This document shows positions 18,390 through 24,000 of a stretch of 24,000 bases of DNA, in pieces. The stretch is taken from positions 423,254 to 447,253 of the forward strand of contig NC_023062.1 in NCBI RefSeq assembly GCF_000508245.1. The letters run 5' to 3'. Position 1 is the stretch's first letter; each line of letters starts with the position of its first letter. This DNA comes from Mycoplasma ovis str. Michigan. Its GTDB lineage: Bacteria; Bacillota_I; Bacilli_A; Mycoplasmatales; Mycoplasmoidaceae. The notes beneath the pieces are model-generated. The model saw only the letters and a program-made list of their open reading frames with translations, searched no databases and was not told the origin of the DNA. The translations under genes and the position numbers were made by a program.

Positions 18390-21300
18390 ATGGATTACCA
18401 AGATCTAATAGAACTATCTGAAGAGATAGAAATTAATAAATCTAAGCCAGTAACTGAAGAAGAATTAGAAAGCTACATAATATCTTTATTTGAGTCTCAA
18501 GGATACTTTCACTCTAAAGGTAGTGATATCAAGAGAGAGAATTATTATGAAGTTTTACTAATAGAAGATCTCACTAACTTTTTAAAACCTAGATATCCAA
18601 AGTTAGATACATACTTTGAAATCTATTCAGATATCAGACACATTGCTGATGATCTGCATAGAGACGATAAAAACTTCTATGAATTCAATAGAGACTTCTT
18701 TAAAAAATTAAGTGATGAAATAATCTACACTAGGGAAAGAGATGGAGAGAAACTCCCCATTTCATTAATAGATTTTCAAAATCCAGAAAATAATATTTTC
18801 AGAATTGTTAATCAATTTGCAGTTGAAGGAAAAAACCCTAGAAGAGTAGACTTAGTAGTCTATATTAATGGGATTCCATTAGTTGTCTGAGAACTTAAAT
18901 CTCCTAGTGATGGGCATGTTGGATTAGTTACAGCCCATCAACAGCTCCAGCTTTATCAAAAAGAAATACCAGATCTTTTCAAATACAATGCCTTCTCAGT
19001 GCTATGTGATGGAATTCATCATGTCAAATATGGAGTTAACTGAGAATCTCTTGAAAACTTCATGGAATGAAAAAAGATCTCAGATGAGGTTAGTTCGGAG
19101 GGAAAAGATAGACTAGATGTCTTAATACAAGGACTTTTTGCGAAAGAAAGAATTATTAAGTACATTGAGAACTTTATTTGATTCAAAGACAGCGATCCCA
19201 AAGAAAAGATTATTGGTAGATACCCTCAATTCTTTGGAGCTACAAAGATGTTTGCAAGTATTTTGAAAAACTTGAAACCTAAAGGATCTGGAAAGGGAGG
19301 AATATATTTTGGAACTACAGGGTGTGGTAAAAGCTACACTATGTTATTCCTTTCTAGGCTACTCCTTAATTCGGAGTCTCTAAACACACCTTCAATTCTC
19401 ATAATCTCTGACAGAGTAGAGATTAGTGAGCAATTATGTAAATTATTTCAAAGTTCTACTAATTATCTTGGAGACAAGAATATTGAAGATATTTCTTCTA
19501 GACAAAAATTGACTTCATCTTTAAAGAAATTAGTACAGGGGGGAGTATTCTTAACTAATCTACAGAAATTTGAAGAAAGTTGTGAGATACTTTCTGAAAG
19601 AAACAATATTATTTGCATTTCCGATGAAGCTCATAGATCAAACCATAATTTTGATGTTGAGCTGAAAGAAGGGGGAGGAGAAACTTGTCCATTTGCTAAA
19701 AGACTTCACGAGTCTTTACCTAATGCAACTTATGTAGGTTTCACCGCTACACCCATAGATCAAACTATGGATGTATTCGGAGAAATAGTTGACCGATATA
19801 CGATGGACGAATCCATCAGTGATGGATTCACTGTGAAACTTAAATTGGAAGTTAAAAAAGGATGATTAAAGCTTCAAGATGAGATCGCGCTAAAAATTAT
19901 AGAAAAATACAGAGAAGCGAGGGAAACGGGAACTAGTGAGGAATGCATTGAAGAGGATCAAAGAATAAGAACAAAACTAAAGGCTATTTGTAATGTTCAA
20001 AGCAGAATAGAAAAAATAACTGATGATATTGTTGAACATTATGAAGCCAGAGTTAACTCTGGTGAAACTGTTTGCGGAAAAGCAATGATAGTTACTGTTG
20101 GTAGAGATATTGGATATAAAGTTTGAAGAAGGATCAGGGAAATAAGGCCAGAATGAACAATTAAAGAAAATGAAGCGGGAATGTCAAAGGTTCAATTGGT
20201 TATGACAAGAGCCAAAAGTGATGGGGAAGAAATGTACCAATTAATAGGTAATGATGAGTACCAAAAAAAATTAGCTAGAGAGTTCAAAAAGGAAGATTCT
20301 GATTTCAAGATAGCAATTGTTAGTGATAAGTGATTAACTGGATTTGATGCTCCTTGTTTAGACACTATGTACCTAGACAGAATATTTCAAGATAAAACGC
20401 TTATTCAGGCTGTATCCAGAGTTAATAGGAAATATCTAAGAAAAAACTATGGTTTAGTTGTTTCTTATTGGCCTATTGAAAAATACTGAAAAGATGCTAT
20501 TAACAAAGTAGGGGGTAGTCAAAGAGGTGGATGTACCTTGGAGGAAGTCATCTCTGCAACTAAAGATAAATTGGAGTTGTTGAATAAACTGTTTCACGAT
20601 TTTGATAGAAAAACATTTTTAAGCATCCACAACGAAAATGATCAATCAGGTATGGTAGTTAGTTACATAAGGGAAAAAGGTAAACAGTTTCAAGACAAAT
20701 TTAGTGAATTATATTTCGAATTCATTCACTGATATGACAGTTGATCTAGTGTTGAATTAAGTAAGGAATTAGGTCAAGAAAGGGCTTTCTATAAGCTAAT
20801 TTACAAATACTGATCAAGACATATTAAAAAAAGCTGGACTCCTATGTCAGAAAAAACTAAACAAGAAATATCAGAACATATGCAAAACATATTTTTTTCT
20901 GGGGAAATGTCCCAGCATTCTTTTGGTTATTTAAATGTTTCTTTCCCCTCCGAGCAAGAATATAAAAATAAAGAAGTTACCAGAGATGACAAACAAAGAA
21001 AAGCTAAAAAATTAGGAGAAGCTCTTGCGAAAATACATAAAAGTTTTGGGAGAAACTTTTTAGAAAGATTGGCTAAATTGCAAGATGAATATGAATCTCT
21101 GTATGAGGCTCAAGGTAGGTTAGAAGCTATTGAAGATGAGGAAGAAAGAAAAAAAGCTATGCAGGAATTTAATTTAGAAGAAAGACTTAAAGCTCTTGAT
21201 GAAAAAAGAGATGAGTTAGTTGATGAGGGTTACAGAAAAATGAAAGAGCATGAAATTAAAGGATGAACTCAGGAAGAGCAAGTCTTCTTTGATCAACTGA

Positions 21301-21569
21301 AAGAATTTAATGAAAATTTTGGTTTTGGACTAGAAGAGAAACAATTGTTAGATTTCACAAGAGATCTAAATGAACTTTGAAATGAAAGAAAGGGATGAGG
21401 AGATCCAATCAAAAGATTCACTTTATTATCTCAGTTAAAAATGGATATATATAACCTAATAGATAAATACAACTTTTATATTTCAAATGAAACATTTGAT
21501 AACACAGATGTTGTGATTGTTGAAGAACTAGTGGATTGTTTTAGAAGAATGACTGAATCAAGTTTGTAA
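18390..21569 (+). CDS. hsdR: Type I restriction enzyme, R (endonuclease/helicase) subunit, 1059 codons
   Basis: Track fragments 18390-18890, 19248-19865, 20538-20732 and 20844-21266 are in one frame, and the gaps contain only TGA stops. Nuclease motif VDLVVYINGIPLVV-W-ELK. Helicase motifs GTTGCGKSYT (I), DEAHRS (II), FTATP (III), LTGFDAP, QAVSRVNR (VI). Coiled-coil C-terminal region. Confidence 0.92.
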
Positions 21570-21667
21570 TTTATACTTCTCGAAAAATATAACTTAAGTT
21601 ATCAGAAAGAAGTTAATTTTTAACTCTCAAGTAGGTTAGTGCCTAGTAGTCTAAAATCCAACAAACC

Positions 21668-22034
21668 ATGTTTCTCTGATTAAAAGTTTTAGTTGGAGTA
21701 ATTGCCAAAGGGGCTGGAGCTTTTGCTCCCTTTAAATTGATGGCAAGCCCAGATTCGACTATTAAAGAATAATGCATATCTTGAATTAGATCTTTTAGGA
21801 GATACAAATAAGGCAAAGATTTCTTTGGAAGAAGGGCCTAGTAGTTGAAGATATTTTCATAATGTTTATACACAGGATGTTTGTAAAGTAATAACTCCTA
21901 TGTCTGGGGAAGATAGATTACGTTGTCAACTCATGGAAGGGTGAAATCACATCGTTATAAACTTCGAAATTTTTAGTGGGCATTTAAGGTCAAAAAGTGG
22001 CTTTAAAGCCACTTTTATCTGGTTATTTTTTTAG
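21668..22034 (+). pseudogene. Possible frameshifted remnant of a leader-bearing secreted protein gene
   Basis: A 34-codon ORF (ATG 21668, TAA 21770), MFLWLKVLVGVIAKGAGAFAPFKLMASPDSTIKE, resembles the leader of 10504-11043. It overlaps a 110-codon table-4 ORF in another frame (21702-22034, ...AYLELDLLGDTNKAKISLEEGPSSWRYFHNVYTQDVCKV...) that has no ATG near its 5' end. Confidence 0.35.
21993..22032 (+). terminator. Intrinsic terminator-like hairpin downstream of hsdR
   Basis: Perfect 24-nt palindrome aaaagtggctttaaagccactttt (21993-22016), flanked by an A-run upstream and followed by a T7 run at 22026-22032. Confidence 0.55.
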
Positions 22035-22306
22035 CTGTGAGTAACTAGGAGAAAGGGGAAAGTTAGTCTTAAAAGGACTGATTGGTCCTTCTTCTTCTTT
22101 CGGGCCTATAAGTTAATGTTCTTCGTGCACACACTTTTTATAGGAATTCTTTTAAAACTTATTTTCTACTAAACTATTTGTTTTTGTCTAGTAAGCAATT
22201 AATCTTTCAAGTCTTAAAGACAGAACAATAAATAAAAATACTAATAACTTTTAAAAAACCTATTCTTTAGTTAAATTTAAGGAATTCCAGCGAACTCAAC
22301 ACTGGC

Positions 22307-22339
22307 AAAAAATATAAAGGCGGCGCCATTCTGGGCGCC
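22307..22339 (-). terminator. GC-rich hairpin plus T-run downstream of hsdS
   Basis: GGCGCC-attctg-GGCGCC (22322-22339), an all-GC 6-bp stem in an AT-rich spacer. On the minus strand it is followed by gcctttatatttttt. It lies about 80 nt past the hsdS stop. Confidence 0.45.
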
Positions 22340-22420
22340 AAAATTGATTATATATCATTCATTATTTTTTATGCAAAAAATAAAAGATTTATTTGAAAAT
22401 TAAAAACTCTAAAAGTAAAT

Positions 22421-23594
22421 CTATTCTAAGTCCTCTATTCGGCATTTTTGTAATCTCAAACACTTAGAAATTATTTGTTCATTATTTTTTTGTAGTTCAA
22501 AAATTGGACTACAAATTTGGTTGAATTTGTCGATTAGGTGCTGGGGCGGAAGTTTGACTTTAAAGCTTTGGAATTTTAAAAGATTAAAGGAAACTATATC
22601 AGTCGAATTGTTCAATAATCTCTTTAATTTTGTGACATTTTCCCTAATCAAAAAGTAAATATAAGAAATAGGCAAATTGTTTTTGCCCCCCCCACTCAAT
22701 GACCCACAAATTGGGAGAAATAATTAATGTCTTGAGTTGATTGATTAATAAACGCCCACCTTGACGACCAGCCGTTCCAACAAATATCAATCCATTTTCG
22801 GGAATTAATTTAGCTTTGCATCTTTTAAATCCGGCTTCAGTCAATTGTTCAGAAGTTGAATTTAAAAACTTGCATTCAAAAATGTCTTTTGTTCTTAAAA
22901 AAGGTATTCCCCCTTGCTTACAAAAGTAGAGTTTTTCTAAATAAAAATTGGATTTAGGGGGCTGAGAGCCTTTCAAAACTTGAAACAAATTACCTAGAAT
23001 TTCACTGGTGAATTCTTCTAAATTGTCGAACAAAATATGGTAATAAGATTTCATCCACCCTTCAAGTAATTCGTTAATTTTTCTTTTGTTTTGTATTAAC
23101 TTCTCGATTGTTTGATATTTGTAGACTATCTTTTTTTGTTCTTCTAATGCAGGAACTACAATCGGTATAGAACAAAATCTTTCATAGGTCAATTCTTCTC
23201 TTACCCCCCCCGTAGAGAGATATCTAGCAAGCTTATCGAATGCAATTCTTTTAATTCACAATTCCAGATAATGATTTATTAATTTATCTGGTTGTTTTAT
23301 GTAGAAAACTACATAAGTATTAGAAATTTGAATAGCATCTAGTTGACTGTTGAGAGCGATGGAGAGTTTATCTCCATTCCTTGCTGTAGATGGTTTGTAA
23401 CAAAACTGATCTCTTTTGACAATTTGTAATTTATTCTTAATGTTGGATAAATTTACAATGCGACTTTCCACAAAACATTTTTCAATACTTAATCCCTTAA
23501 TTGGTATGTTTTTGTTATAAATCGCTACCCCTTTAACTCTTTCAATATAACCTCCTAATTTATTCATCCTCTTTAAAAAGCTATTTTTGACCAA
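22421..23594 (-). CDS. hsdS: Type I restriction-modification specificity subunit, frameshifted at a G8 tract (currently truncated after TRD2)
   Basis: ORFs 23256-23594 and 22644-23192 join in frame through TGA 23256-23258. The central conserved region is CSIPIVVPALEEQKKIVYKYQTIEKL. ORF 22421-22699 carries the distal conserved region (FKVKLPPQHLIDKFNQICSPIFELQKNN) but is in another frame. The frames meet at the G8 run (C8 on +, 22686-22693), and G7 would fuse them. Confidence 0.85.
22686..22693 (-). repeat. Homopolymer G8 on the coding strand (C8 on +) at the hsdS TRD2 / distal conserved region junction
   Basis: Read directly: ttttgccccc cccactc. The two overlapping hsdS ORF fragments change frame exactly here. 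Confidence 0.95.
23204..23211 (-). repeat. Homopolymer G8 on the coding strand (C8 on +) at the hsdS TRD1 / central conserved region junction, currently in frame
   Basis: Read directly: ttaccccccc cgtagag. It encodes ...LSTGGVREEL... Confidence 0.95.
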
Positions 23595-23772
23595 AATAAT
23601 GAAAATCCTGCCCTTGAATACTTATACCTTCCTTTAAAAAATTATTAATAATTACTTTTTTAAAAATAAGCAACAATTAATGGCTTTTTACAAAATATGG
23701 AAAAACTAATGGTCTAAGGGCATTAATTAGTTTCCGACACAACAAGAAAAAACAAATTAATTAATAATTAAG

Positions 23773-24000
23773 TTGAAGTTTTCGGGGGGGGCATTAACGA
23801 AGGGGAAAATTGCTGGTGGGTGTGTAGTACTTCTGGGTGGTACTACTTTTACAGGCTTAGTTTGTACAGAAATTTATAAAAATGGAGTATCTAGTGCTTT
23901 AGCAAAACTAGGAGGTTGGGTTGTTGAAATTTTTAATTGAAATGGAACTTCTTCTTCACAATCTTCATCACAACCTATAGATCCTATCCCAGCAATAACT
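23773..24000 (+). CDS. Hypothetical surface or membrane protein (possible lipoprotein), 5' part, with a G8 tract in codons 4-7; continues past the right edge
   Basis: The frame is open from 23761 to the window end: (TTG)KFSGGALTKGKIAGGCVVLLGGTTFTGLVCTEIYKNGVSSALAKLGGWVVEIFNWNGTSSSQSSSQPIDPIPAIT. There is a basic n-region, a hydrophobic Gly-rich h-region, a Cys, then a Ser-rich stretch. No ATG is present. Candidate starts are TTG 23773, ATT 23767 and ATA 23764. Confidence 0.5.
23784..23791 (+). repeat. Homopolymer G8 inside the leader-coding region of the 23773 gene
   Basis: Read directly: ttcggggggg gcatt. Confidence 0.95.

Noticed and set aside
21710-21765. tmRNA-like 5' signature (ggggctg ... 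gattcgac)
   Set aside because: There is no matching 3' half anywhere downstream: no T-arm GGTTCGAnTCC, no complementary acceptor strand and no CCA end. I found no credible tag reading frame ending in a hydrophobic tail. The region is better explained as ORF remnant sequence.
23640-23653. 14-nt palindrome aattattaataatt and other AT-only palindromes in the intergenic spacers
   Set aside because: Pure A/T palindromes of this size are expected by chance in such AT-rich intergenic DNA. There is no second copy or positional logic.
1-24000. Table 25 (TGA = Gly, SR1/Gracilibacteria) or reassignment of TAG/TAA
   Set aside because: TGA aligns with invariant Trp rather than Gly in S3, L16, S19, Lon and MraZ. 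TAA and TAG terminate the ribosomal protein genes at the expected lengths, so the TAG inside 10504-11043 is not a sense codon.
1-24000. CRISPR arrays, transposases, integrases, prophage genes and rRNA genes
   Set aside because: I looked for regularly spaced direct repeats and for recombinase-like ORFs under table 4 and found none. The only repeats are the tandem paralog pair, the small-ORF pair and the homopolymers.

Overview
AT-rich bacterial chromosomal window that is only coherent under translation table 4 (TGA = Trp), so probably a Mollicutes-like (Mycoplasma/Ureaplasma-type) genome. The broken ORFs in the supplied track for L5, S17, L16, S3, S19, L4, L3, L10, Lon, MraZ, RsmH, the aldo/keto reductase and HsdR each join into one intact gene once TGA is read as Trp. 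Minus strand, 1-9979: an S10-spc ribosomal protein operon (rpsJ to rplR) with rplJ-rplL directly upstream of it, separated only by an opposite-strand tRNA-Thr(GGU). Then come a type-B RNase P RNA (+), two hypothetical secreted Cys-containing proteins (one disrupted) and lon (-). A plus-strand cluster follows: rpsI, aldo/keto reductase, rplU, mraZ, rsmH. Next is an AT-rich spacer with two paralogous 62-codon ORFs, then a type I restriction island (hsdR +, hsdS -, no hsdM visible) and the 5' end of a surface-protein gene. The most interesting signals: (1) two tandem paralogous genes for small signal-peptide, 4-Cys proteins sit inside the S10 operon between rplW and rplB. (2) The only four G/C homopolymers of 7-8 nt lie at frame-critical positions: just after the ATG of one operon-embedded paralog, at two domain boundaries of hsdS, and in the leader of the last gene. 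This looks like a set of slipped-strand phase-variation switches. In the current state the paralog and the distal part of hsdS are out of frame. No CRISPR array, transposase, integrase or rRNA was seen.
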